A DNA stretch of 64,000 bases from an uncultured Candidatus Saccharibacteria bacterium (GTDB lineage: Bacteria; Patescibacteriota; Saccharimonadia; CAILAD01; JADZBC01): positions 83,198 to 147,197 of the forward strand of contig CAZCAO010000001.1 in the NCBI GenBank assembly GCA_964496815.1, in the 5' to 3' direction. Shown one piece after another: positions 18,929-27,771 of the stretch. The notes under the pieces were generated by a model. The model saw only the letters and a list, made by a program, of their open reading frames with translations. It was not told the origin of the DNA and did not search any database. Position numbers and translations under genes: made by a program. Within the stretch, counting starts at the first letter, position 1, and each line of letters starts with the position of its first letter.

Positions 18929-19651
18929 ATGCCCATGACACCCGAAGAAAAGGCTGAGTTCGAACGTCAGCAAGCTGTGCAGAGCTGGCTGACGGACGAG
19001 CACGCTCGGACCCGCCGCGGCCTGACCGGCATCGGCCGTCGCACCGCCGGTCTGGAGCGCCACGCTGCTGCCACGGACACCACGCTCGCCGCCGTTCGCG
19101 ACGAGCAGACCGCTTCGGCGGCCTGGCGGGCGGATGTGACCGCCTGGCAGAGCGGTGTCGACGTCTGGGGGGCCGATGCGGACGCCCGCATCACCCTGGC
19201 CCAGGAGACGGCCGACCTGGCTGGCATTCGTGCCACCCAGGCCCGTGACATGGCTGCGCTCAGCATCAACGACGCGGCCCGCGCCAACCGGCGCATCACG
19301 GCGGCCACCAGCCCCGATGGCACCTGGCTGACCGGCCTCGTCACCGTGATCGGCTGGACGGCCTTGGTGCTGTTCGGTGCCTGGATGGCATCGGGGCTCG
19401 ACAACGGTCGGCGGCAGCTGGGGGACCACCCCAGCTTCCAGCCCATCGTGATCGGGGGCTGGCTCCTCGGACTGGTGTTGATCACGGTGATCACCATCGC
19501 GTCCGTGCTCAGCAGCAGCGACAACGACGTCGCTGCCCCGGCTCCGCAGCCGCAACCGGCTCCGCAGCCGCAACCGGCTCCGCAGCCGACGCCCGCCATG
19601 GGCACCCCGGCGGTCAACCCGCCCACGCCGGCACCGGCCGGCAACCGCTGA
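18929..19651 (+). CDS. GC-rich hypothetical membrane protein (helical N-terminus, 2 TM segments, PQ-repeat tail)
   Basis: ATG 18929 follows ggaaagggg. Third positions are nearly all G/C. TM segments are WLTGLVTVIGWTALVLFGAWMA and VIGGWLLGLVLITVITIASVL. Confidence 0.65.
   Translation: MPMTPEEKAEFERQQAVQSWLTDEHARTRRGLTGIGRRTAGLERHAAATDTTLAAVRDEQTASAAWRADVTAWQSGVDVWGADADARITLAQETADLAGIRATQARDMAALSINDAARANRRITAATSPDGTWLTGLVTVIGWTALVLFGAWMASGLDNGRRQLGDHPSFQPIVIGGWLLGLVLITVITIASVLSSSDNDVAAPAPQPQPAPQPQPAPQPTPAMGTPAVNPPTPAPAGNR
19538..19589 (+). repeat. 18-nt tandem repeat ccggctccgcagccgcaa, about 2.9 copies
   Basis: Copies at 19538-19555, 19556-19573 and a partial one at 19574-19589. Encodes APQPQP repeats. 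Confidence 0.85.
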
Positions 19652-19819
19652 GCGCGCAGCTCAGCAGAAGCTTCTTGGGCCGAGAGAGCGCCAGCTCTCT
19701 CGGCCTAGGGGCAACACAAGTACCTACACTTTGTGATAACTGCATTATCGTGAGCCCATAGGCCTCTCGCGATAAGTTGTTGTTCCAAAGGCCTCGAAGA
19801 CTCCTGAGAGGAGTTTGAC

Positions 19820-20809
19820 ATGAATGCATCGAGAAGGCTCCTCTTCGGGAGCTTGAGCGCGGTCTTCGCGATCGTGGGTGGGCTGCTGCTTCTGCTGCAG
19901 TTCACGTCGCCCGCCAAGGGTGACCCCACGCCCAACCCACCGTCTGCCGCGGAGTGCTTGCAGCAGTCGTTGCACACCTTCGCAGCCGACGCTGGCAAGA
20001 CCGCTCCGGACAACTACGGACCTCCCGTCGGTGGACCGAATCGGATCGACCTGGTGGAGCCGCAGTTCGATGACACGAACTGCAAGGACATGCTGATCCT
20101 GCAGTCGTCGCGTTGGCACCTCGCTACCGCAACGGCGCCGCGCAATGCGGCAGAGATCAACAAGCATGCTTCCTGGGCCGCAAAGGATGCCAAGCTGAGG
20201 GCCGCGGACTACGCGGACTTCCGCAGTGCGGCGTTCGGTGATAGCACCGGCAGGGACATCGTGCAGGTTCCGAAGGGAACGACGTACTGGACGCTTGCGG
20301 CCAAGAACGTCGGCGGGACCTGGTCGGTCTACCAGACCCAGGTGACGCTCAGCCACACCGAGCCCATGCTGGAGGTCACGACCGCGAACGGAGCGAAGAA
20401 GCTCTTCAAGTTGTCGTGCCACTTCCAGCCGGTCTCGCCCGAGGAGTTCCCAGGGGTTCCGGTGGGGCCGCCTCCGGGCGGACCGAGTTCACCGCCTCCG
20501 AGCGGTGGCTACACGCCCCCTCCGGGTACGACGCCTACCACCCCACAGGGCGGCAAGGTGGACAACCATCCCGTCGGAAACCCCCTCCCGGGCGGCGCCG
20601 GTGGACCCCAGGCGGGGAACACCGACACCACTCCGGACACGGAGGACCCCGATGGCACCCATCACGGGTCCAGTGGGTCCACGGGGTGTCACGGTGGGTG
20701 CACGGGAGGAACCCCAACCACGACCCGGCCGGTTCCGCCGAGCACGGTCGAGACCACACCGGTGACGGTTCCGGCCCCCACGGCGTCCACCACGGTCCCC
20801 GGACCGTAG
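19820..20809 (+). CDS. GC-rich secreted hypothetical protein with Pro/Thr/Gly-rich C-terminus
   Basis: RBS gagaggag. Signal-like N-terminus MNASRRLLFGSLSAVFAIVGGLLLLLQFTSPAKG. Strong GC3 bias. Confidence 0.65.
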   Translation: MNASRRLLFGSLSAVFAIVGGLLLLLQFTSPAKGDPTPNPPSAAECLQQSLHTFAADAGKTAPDNYGPPVGGPNRIDLVEPQFDDTNCKDMLILQSSRWHLATATAPRNAAEINKHASWAAKDAKLRAADYADFRSAAFGDSTGRDIVQVPKGTTYWTLAAKNVGGTWSVYQTQVTLSHTEPMLEVTTANGAKKLFKLSCHFQPVSPEEFPGVPVGPPPGGPSSPPPSGGYTPPPGTTPTTPQGGKVDNHPVGNPLPGGAGGPQAGNTDTTPDTEDPDGTHHGSSGSTGCHGGCTGGTPTTTRPVPPSTVETTPVTVPAPTASTTVPGP

Positions 20810-20845
20810 GCCCAAGACCAAGCGCACTGGATGCGCTACACCCGA

Positions 20846-20870
20846 ACCCCCCTCCCTCGCGGAGGGGGGT
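20846..20870 (+). terminator. GC hairpin at the right edge of the GC-rich block
   Basis: accccccctcc-ctcgc-ggaggggggt forms a 10-bp stem. The U-run is weak (tcctcacgtt). Confidence 0.5.
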
Positions 20871-20991
20871 TCCTCACGTTATGGACATATATTCCAATAC
20901 ATTGTATAGCCGCATAAAAAGCTTAAGCTGTAAATGTATGGGTGATTATCACTATCGAATAAATCCAGGAGTAAAACATAAGCAAAAAGTG

Positions 20992-21020
20992 TTGACATAA
21001 GTATTAAAACATGATATCAT
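20992..21020 (+). promoter_or_regulatory. promoter TTGACA-17-TATCAT
   Basis: TTGACA at 20992-20997, TATCAT at 21015-21020, upstream of the LPXTG gene. Confidence 0.5.
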
Positions 21021-21108
21021 CACTAAGTAATTCGTTCGTTGAAAACTCAATCTCCCAACAGGCAATTCGTTATATTAAATGTCCTTTAATCTACAAAGGA
21101 GAAGACCT

Positions 21109-22437
21109 ATGCAAATTAGTCGACTCAAAAAGATTGGACTCGGCCTAGCCGTAGCTGCAGTAAGTGTAATACTTCCTGTCGCTGCATATGCTAGCTGGGG
21201 TCCCGATCGACCTACCAAAGAATATTATGAAGGCGTACCTGGTTTCGACCATGTTACCTTCAACTCGTTCACTGGTACAAAAAACTATGGCGACGAACGT
21301 ATGTTTTACGATGTAAAAGATGCTTCGAACACAAACCAAGGTGGTTTCTCGGATGAACTCAACGTTCAGCCAGGGCAGGAACTTTTGTTCCGCACCTACG
21401 TACATAACGGGGCTGATTCTAGCCTCAATGATGCTGCGCATAACTACGCAGGTATCGCTCGAAATACAAAAGTAAAAGTCCTGTTGCCAACTGGAAATGA
21501 TACCGCTTTGCGAAGTATTAGCTTTATTTCGGCTACGAACGCTCAGCCTGGCGAAGTTTCTGACAGTACAAAGCTGATTGGCGATACGCCTTTCAGTCTA
21601 GAGTATATCCCAGGGTCTGCACTGATGCATACCAATGCAACCGCAGGCACCCCCGGTATCAAGCTGTCTGACGACATTGTTAAAGACGGCGCGCCAATCG
21701 GCTATGATAAAGCTGATGGTAATGTGCCCGGATGTTTTCAATATGGCTCAGTCGTGGTATTTAAAGCCAAAGTAGTCGCACCAAAGCTCCAGATCACCAA
21801 GCAAATTGGTATTCCTGGAAGCGGAAAGTGGGAAAAGGAAGTTGCTGCAAAACCGGGCGACACCCTTAGCTACAACGTACACTACGAAAACAAAGGTAAC
21901 GCAGTAGCCCACAATGTGGTTTTGACTGACAAACTACCTGCAAACGTAGATGTAGTGCCTGGTACAGTCAAGTTGTATAACCCACTTCACCCGGATGGAA
22001 AACAACTCAATGACACATCTTTCTTCAATGAAGGTATTAACGTATCAGACCACGCTGTAAATGCCGGTGGTAACGTGCAGTTTAAGGTAAAAGTTAAAAG
22101 CACGTTGAAAACAAGCTTTACTGGAGTAAATACTGCCTGTGTTGGTTCTGACGAAACTCGTAAGGACATCTGTGATACGGCTACTTTCAAGGTAACAATT
22201 GATTGTAAGACAAATCCAGAACAACCGCAGTGTAAGACTCCTCCAGTACAGAACTGTACTACCAACCCAGAGCGACCAGAGTGTAAAACAACCCCCCCAG
22301 TAACTACGTTACCTGAGACAGGTGTGGAAGCTCCGATCGCCGGGCTAGCCGGTATGGGAGGCATGAGTTACGCAGTAACCTCGTACATCCGAAGCAAGAA
22401 GAATCTTGCTAACGCTCTGCGAAACGTTCGAAAGTAA
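21109..22437 (+). CDS. LPXTG cell-wall-anchored surface protein
   Basis: ATG 21109 follows aaaggagaag. Signal peptide. C-terminal LPETG, hydrophobic stretch and basic tail. DUF11-like repeat (GDTLSYNVHYENKGNAVAHNVVLTDKLP). CKT-NPE-P-C motifs. Confidence 0.85.
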   Translation: MQISRLKKIGLGLAVAAVSVILPVAAYASWGPDRPTKEYYEGVPGFDHVTFNSFTGTKNYGDERMFYDVKDASNTNQGGFSDELNVQPGQELLFRTYVHNGADSSLNDAAHNYAGIARNTKVKVLLPTGNDTALRSISFISATNAQPGEVSDSTKLIGDTPFSLEYIPGSALMHTNATAGTPGIKLSDDIVKDGAPIGYDKADGNVPGCFQYGSVVVFKAKVVAPKLQITKQIGIPGSGKWEKEVAAKPGDTLSYNVHYENKGNAVAHNVVLTDKLPANVDVVPGTVKLYNPLHPDGKQLNDTSFFNEGINVSDHAVNAGGNVQFKVKVKSTLKTSFTGVNTACVGSDETRKDICDTATFKVTIDCKTNPEQPQCKTPPVQNCTTNPERPECKTTPPVTTLPETGVEAPIAGLAGMGGMSYAVTSYIRSKKNLANALRNVRK

Positions 22438-22468
22438 GCTGAGAGTTTAGACTCGAAGCCCTACACCT

Positions 22469-22515
22469 AAAAAGACCCTCGCGGGTTCGCCCGCGGCCAA
22501 GGGTCTTTTTAGTTT
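22469..22515 (+). terminator. intrinsic terminator
   Basis: aaaaagaccct...agggtcttttt with an inner cgcggg-ttcg-cccgcg stem, followed by a T-run. Confidence 0.75.
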
Positions 22516-22550
22516 TGGTAAGAATGCCCCCAAGGGGGTAGAATAGGAGC

Positions 22551-23645
22551 ATGAAACAACTGATTGACCAATTATCAAACATGCTTGCCGGAGTCAGAAG
22601 CGCAATCACGCAAATCGACCTGCCAGCTCAGGAGGCTGAGCTGGAGCAAAAGGAAGTCGCTATGAGTGAGGGTGGTTTTTGGGATAATCCAACGTTGGCC
22701 GAAAAGGTTAGTAGTGAAGCTGCTAGTCAACGTAAGTACATCACCAGCTGGCGTGAATTAGAGGCCGATTTAAGTACTACACTAGAGCTAGCCGAGTTAA
22801 GTGATGATACGCAACTGGATGAATTCGAGTCGCAGCTAGCGAGACTAGTGGCGCGTTATGACGCACTCATGGTTGAGCTCAAGCTAAGTGGTGAGTTTGA
22901 TACTGGCCCCGCAGTTGTTCAAATTTCTGCTGGCGTGGGCGGAACTGATGCACAAGATTGGGCCCAAATGCTTATGAATATGTACGTGCGCTATTGCGAT
23001 AAGGCTGGATTTAGAACCGAGTTGGTAGATGTGTCCTACGGCGAAGAAGCTGGTATTAAGAGTGCTACTTTGGAAGTAACGGGTAGATACGCTTATGGTA
23101 AATTAAAGTGTGAAAAGGGTGTGCATAGGCTAGTCCGTCTGAGCCCATTTAATGCTCAGAACTTGCGCCAGACATCATTTGCGCTGGTAGACGTGATCCC
23201 GGAGATTCCTGTTGAGAGCGTTCACATTAATCCGGATGATTTGCGGATCGATGTGTTTCGCTCTGGCGGACACGGCGGTCAGAGTGTGAATACAACTGAT
23301 AGCGCCGTGCGCATAACGCATTTGCCTACCAACACCGTGGTGAGTATCCAAAATGAGCGCTCCCAGCTCAAGAACAAAGAAAAGGCCATGAGTATTTTGG
23401 TCTCACGACTGGCTGAAATTGCTCGCGAACAGCAGCTCGAGGATATCGCGCAGATCCGAGGTAACGTAAAGAGTGCTGATTGGGGCGCCCAGATACGCTC
23501 CTATGTAATGCAACCCTATACTAAGGTCAAGGATCACCGAACCGACTTTGAGACCAGTGATGTTAGCGGCGTGCTCAGCGGGAACATCGAACCATTTATC
23601 GACGCATATTTGACGCAAGCTGTTGGCGATAATTCCGCTAACTAG
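22551..23645 (+). CDS. prfB: peptide chain release factor 2 (single uninterrupted ORF)
   Basis: SPF tripeptide (RLSPFNAQ) and GGQ (SGGHGGQSVNTTDSAVRITH). No in-frame TGA frameshift site. Confidence 0.92.
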   Translation: MKQLIDQLSNMLAGVRSAITQIDLPAQEAELEQKEVAMSEGGFWDNPTLAEKVSSEAASQRKYITSWRELEADLSTTLELAELSDDTQLDEFESQLARLVARYDALMVELKLSGEFDTGPAVVQISAGVGGTDAQDWAQMLMNMYVRYCDKAGFRTELVDVSYGEEAGIKSATLEVTGRYAYGKLKCEKGVHRLVRLSPFNAQNLRQTSFALVDVIPEIPVESVHINPDDLRIDVFRSGGHGGQSVNTTDSAVRITHLPTNTVVSIQNERSQLKNKEKAMSILVSRLAEIAREQQLEDIAQIRGNVKSADWGAQIRSYVMQPYTKVKDHRTDFETSDVSGVLSGNIEPFIDAYLTQAVGDNSAN

Positions 23646-23678
23646 CCTTTATTCGTAAGCGTCATTACGCTACAATGA

Positions 23679-24365
23679 ATGCATATGATTTTACTAGATC
23701 GCGTATCAGTTATGTACCCGAACAAAACGGTTGCCTTGTCGGGCGTCTCGCTTCATATTGCCCCTAAAGAGTTCGTAACGATCGTTGGTTCGAGTGGTGC
23801 AGGTAAATCCACTCTGATACGTTTACTTATTAAAGAAGAGGTGCCTACCTCGGGCAAAATCGTCGTCGGAAGTGTTGATTATGACACCATCGACAAGTCA
23901 AACATCCCTCACTTGCGTCGTCGTATCGGTGTAGTATTTCAGGACTTTAAGCTCCTACCGAATCTAACCGTTTATGAAAATGTCGCCTTTGCCCTCGAAG
24001 TGTCAGGCGTGAAGACACGCGAAATCAAACGCGCTGTACCTAAAATCCTACAATTGGTTGGTTTGAGTGAAAAGGCAGGGGATTACCCAAGCGAGATATC
24101 AGGTGGCGAAAAGCAACGTACGGCCATAGCACGGGCTCTCGTTCGTAATCCTAAGATCCTGATTGCCGACGAACCCACTGGGAATCTTGATCCAAAAAAC
24201 TCTTGGGATATCATTGAGTTGCTGCTCAAGATTAATAAGTTTGGTACAACAGTGTTGCTCACTACGCACAACAAAGAGATCGTCAATGCGCTTAAAAAGC
24301 GAGTCATTACGATTAATCGCGGACGAGTCACGAAGGATGAGAAGGTAGGACGGTACGTCGTATGA
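23679..24365 (+). CDS. ftsE: cell-division ABC ATPase FtsE
   Basis: Walker A GSSGAGKST, signature ISGGEKQR, Walker B ILIADEPTGNLD. Followed by ftsX. Confidence 0.9.
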   Translation: MHMILLDRVSVMYPNKTVALSGVSLHIAPKEFVTIVGSSGAGKSTLIRLLIKEEVPTSGKIVVGSVDYDTIDKSNIPHLRRRIGVVFQDFKLLPNLTVYENVAFALEVSGVKTREIKRAVPKILQLVGLSEKAGDYPSEISGGEKQRTAIARALVRNPKILIADEPTGNLDPKNSWDIIELLLKINKFGTTVLLTTHNKEIVNALKKRVITINRGRVTKDEKVGRYVV

Positions 24366-25279
24366 TTACACTTTGGCGAATTTTCAAAACGGGCTTTCGC
24401 AATATATTTCGTAATGCCTGGTTGTCCACTGCAGCTACTGCCATCATGGTGATTACTCTGTTGGTGGTAACGTTTTTTGGTTTTTCGGCTGTATTTGTAA
24501 ACAACCAGTTGGCTGAAGTAAAGAGTAAGATTGATCTTAGTCTTTTCATTGCCGATGAAGCCACACAGGATAGCATTAAAGAACTACAGGCAAAATTGAT
24601 AGCCCAACCCGAAGTTAAATCTGTGGAGTATGTCAGCAAGGAAGACGCCTTGACCAAGCTTGCTGCAAGTAGCGCCGATGGCAAAAAACTAGCTGAGTCA
24701 GCTAAGGAGATCGGCAATCCACTACCAGCTTCATTTGAGGTCAAGGTAAAAGACCTCGACACGATCAAGCAAGCCAACGAGAATCTCAAGAAGCTCGATA
24801 CAGCCAAAATAATTAGTGAATCTAGCCTTGATAAGCGAGATGAGAACCGACAAGGTATTGTGGAGAATATCATTAAGATCAGTAGCGGTGTGGCTCGAGT
24901 AGGGGCTGTTTTGAGCTTTTTATTCCTAGCTATTGCTCTGCTGGTTATATTCAATACGATCCGAATGGCGATTTTTACCCGTCGGGAAGAAATTGAAATC
25001 ATGCGCTTGGTTGGTGCGACTAACTGGTTTATTCGTGGTCCGTTTATCGTCGAAGGTTCACTCTATGGTGTGTTCGGCGGCAGTGTTGCTCTGCTGCTAC
25101 TAATACCGATTTCCAGGGCCATTGGGCCATTTATTACCCAGCGGCTTAATGCCGGCGCCGCAATTGATTACTTTACTACACACTTTGGCCTGGCGGTCAT
25201 CATGATCTATAGTTTAGGAATATTTATCGGTGCCGTGAGTAGTTGGTTCGCTATCTCGCGTTATTTGCGGCTTAAATAA
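24362..25279 (+). CDS. ftsX: cell-division permease-like protein FtsX
   Basis: TM1, a large extracellular loop and three C-terminal TM segments. Start overlaps the ftsE stop. Confidence 0.85.
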   Translation: MITLWRIFKTGFRNIFRNAWLSTAATAIMVITLLVVTFFGFSAVFVNNQLAEVKSKIDLSLFIADEATQDSIKELQAKLIAQPEVKSVEYVSKEDALTKLAASSADGKKLAESAKEIGNPLPASFEVKVKDLDTIKQANENLKKLDTAKIISESSLDKRDENRQGIVENIIKISSGVARVGAVLSFLFLAIALLVIFNTIRMAIFTRREEIEIMRLVGATNWFIRGPFIVEGSLYGVFGGSVALLLLIPISRAIGPFITQRLNAGAAIDYFTTHFGLAVIMIYSLGIFIGAVSSWFAISRYLRLK

Positions 25280-25348
25280 CGCTGACCACACTGTTGTATG
25301 AAGGGGGACTATGCTATAATTGGGTCAATACTTAGGAGGGTGCTAGGC

Positions 25349-26443
25349 TTGAAAAACATCAAAACAAAAGTAGTTGTGGCTCTGACGATGGCCTCTGTTG
25401 TGCTGGTTGGTTTTGCAATTATGGCAAGCCCTGTCAAGGCGGATCAGCTTCAAGAGCAGATCGACGCTCTTCGATCAAAAGTGCGTGATACACAGGCGCA
25501 AGCTGCCCAGAAAGCAGCTGAAGCTAGTACACTCAAAGGTAAGCTCGCCAGTATTGACGCCGAAATCTATGCAGCCCAAGCTGCGCTTAATCTAACAAAC
25601 TCTGAAATTCGCGGTACGCAGGCTGAAATCGACCAGGCTAATCGCGACCTTGATCGCCAGAAAGAAATTCTAAAAGATAACCTTCGATTAGTCTACAAAC
25701 AGGGCGAAATAAGCCCATTAGAGCTGATTGCCTCAAGCAAGAACTTGAGTGATTTTGTCGCCCAGTCGCAGTACTTGAATGCTATCAAGAATAAGATCAA
25801 CCAAAATCTTCGTAAGATCGACGACCTTAAGCGTGAATTGAGTATTAAGCAGGGCCAGCTCAATGCGTTAGCTGAACAGCAAAAAGTAACATATGACCAA
25901 ATTGCCGCGCGTCGCGCCGAGCAAGCTAGCATATTGGCCCGAACACAGGGTGAAGAGGCAAATTATCGTAAGGTAGCCGAGGAAGACAGTAAAAAGATCA
26001 CTGAACTAAAGCGTCAGCAAGCAGCAATTATTGCCGCTCAATCATCGAATGTTAGCTATGGCGGTACGGGCGGATATCCGTGGGCCAATGTCAATCCTTT
26101 CCCTAGTTTTGTAATTGACACCTGGGGAATGTACGCACGTCAGTGCGTATCCTATACTGCCTGGAAGGTGGCAACTACTGGCAGGAACATGCCGTATTGG
26201 GGTGGTCGTGGGAATGCTAATCAATGGGATGATAATGCTCGCGCCGCCGGCATCCCAGTGGATAGTAGCCCTAGGGTAGGCGACATTGCGGTGCTTAATT
26301 CCGGCACCTATGGGCACGTTATGTACGTGGAGCGCGTGAATGGTAACGGTACTATTCGTGTTAGTCAATATAATGCAGCGTTTGACGGTCGGTACTCAGA
26401 GGCAGACGTTAGCATAGCAGGATTGGTGTTCATTCACTTTTAA
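25349..26443 (+). CDS. coiled-coil CHAP-domain peptidoglycan hydrolase (PcsB-like architecture)
   Basis: TTG 25349 follows aggaggg. Signal/TM segment, long coiled coil, C-terminal CHAP domain (QCVSYTAWKV ... YGHVMYVE). Confidence 0.8.
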   Translation: MKNIKTKVVVALTMASVVLVGFAIMASPVKADQLQEQIDALRSKVRDTQAQAAQKAAEASTLKGKLASIDAEIYAAQAALNLTNSEIRGTQAEIDQANRDLDRQKEILKDNLRLVYKQGEISPLELIASSKNLSDFVAQSQYLNAIKNKINQNLRKIDDLKRELSIKQGQLNALAEQQKVTYDQIAARRAEQASILARTQGEEANYRKVAEEDSKKITELKRQQAAIIAAQSSNVSYGGTGGYPWANVNPFPSFVIDTWGMYARQCVSYTAWKVATTGRNMPYWGGRGNANQWDDNARAAGIPVDSSPRVGDIAVLNSGTYGHVMYVERVNGNGTIRVSQYNAAFDGRYSEADVSIAGLVFIHF

Positions 26444-26449
26444 TATTGT

Positions 26450-27661
26450 ATGGAGCCTATAGACCCACAGAAACCAACTCAGAGTCGGCGAAAAAACATT
26501 CTAAGTCTTATTGTTGTTGGATTTCTATGTTTTGCTGTCGGCTTTAGTTTTAATGCAGTTGGCGCCAAAGTTTACTTGGGAGCGCCGCGTCAGGCGGCTG
26601 GCTCGAATATCGATCTATCTACCTTTAATCAAGTAGATAAGATCCTCAAGGCCAAGTTTGATGGCACTATTAATCCCGAGAAGCAAAGCGAGGGCGCTAC
26701 AGCGGGGATGGTTGCAGCCCTAGGCGATCCTTACACTACATATTTAACTCCTGAACAGAATAAAGCTTTGAGCGATGATTTAAATGGCGAGCTCAGCGGA
26801 ATAGGCGTGGAGGTCGGGCTTAAGAACGGTAAACTTACCGTGATCGCCCCTATTGACGGTACGCCAGCTGCCAAAGCCGGCTTGCGCAGCGGTGACTATA
26901 TCGCTGTTATCAACGGAGTAGATAGCTCTGGGTACACTCTCGATGAGGCAGTCAGTAAAATTCGAGGTGAAAAGGGCACTACAGTCAAGCTAACAATAGT
27001 ACGCGGTAGTGAACCGCCGAAGGAAATCGAGATTACCCGCGACCTGATTACAGTGGCTAGTGTTACCACAGAGGTACGCAATGGTAACGTTGGCTATATT
27101 CGCATTCGCAGATTTGCCGAAGAAACGAATGACCTTATTACAAATGCCGCAGCAACCTTTAAAGCCCAGGGTATTAAGGGTATTGTACTTGATGTTCGCG
27201 ACAACCCTGGGGGGTATCTGGACTCAGCGGTAGAGGTTAGCAGCCAGTTCGTTGGCAGTGGCACTATTGTAGAGGAGCGTAGTAAGCATAGCGAGAACCG
27301 TACGTTCAACGCTTTGCCAGGTGGTAGATTTCTGGATCTTCCAGTTGTAATGCTTATTAATGGTGGTAGCGCTTCGGCATCAGAGATTACAGCTGGAGCT
27401 CTCCATGATGCGAAACGAGCTACTTTAGTAGGAGAAAAAACTTTTGGCAAGGGCAGCGTTCAGCAAGTAATCGACCTAAAGAATGGCGCTAGCCTTAAGG
27501 TCACAATTGCTCACTGGTTTACACCAAAAGGCGTTAATATCGGTAAAGAGGGCATTAAGCCCGACGTGGAGGTTAAGCTCACAACTGATGATTATAATGC
27601 CAGCCGAGACCCCCAGTATGCTAAAGCACTTGAACTCATAAGCCAAAAGGCTGCCCAGTAG
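26450..27661 (+). CDS. carboxy-terminal processing (S41) protease
   Basis: N-terminal TM segment, PDZ (GIGVEV...AGLRSGDYI), GGSASASEI and GEKTFGKGSVQ catalytic motifs. Confidence 0.88.
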   Translation: MEPIDPQKPTQSRRKNILSLIVVGFLCFAVGFSFNAVGAKVYLGAPRQAAGSNIDLSTFNQVDKILKAKFDGTINPEKQSEGATAGMVAALGDPYTTYLTPEQNKALSDDLNGELSGIGVEVGLKNGKLTVIAPIDGTPAAKAGLRSGDYIAVINGVDSSGYTLDEAVSKIRGEKGTTVKLTIVRGSEPPKEIEITRDLITVASVTTEVRNGNVGYIRIRRFAEETNDLITNAAATFKAQGIKGIVLDVRDNPGGYLDSAVEVSSQFVGSGTIVEERSKHSENRTFNALPGGRFLDLPVVMLINGGSASASEITAGALHDAKRATLVGEKTFGKGSVQQVIDLKNGASLKVTIAHWFTPKGVNIGKEGIKPDVEVKLTTDDYNASRDPQYAKALELISQKAAQ

Positions 27662-27771
27662 CCTGACAGCTCATATGGTGTTGTAATTATTCCACAACAC
27701 ACTAAATATCGATAAAACTCTTGACCACTTCTAAGCACAAGGATTATTATAAATCCTAGAGGAGGGGAGAA

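Noticed and set aside
18680-20827. Multiple long ORFs overlapping the two GC-rich genes (18680..19573-, 18967..19644-, 19745..20422-, 20416..21000+, 20489..20827-, and others)
   Set aside because: High-GC DNA is depleted in stop codons in all frames. These frames give Arg/Pro/Gly-rich nonsense and lack the G/C third-position pattern and RBS seen for 18929..19651 and 19820..20809.
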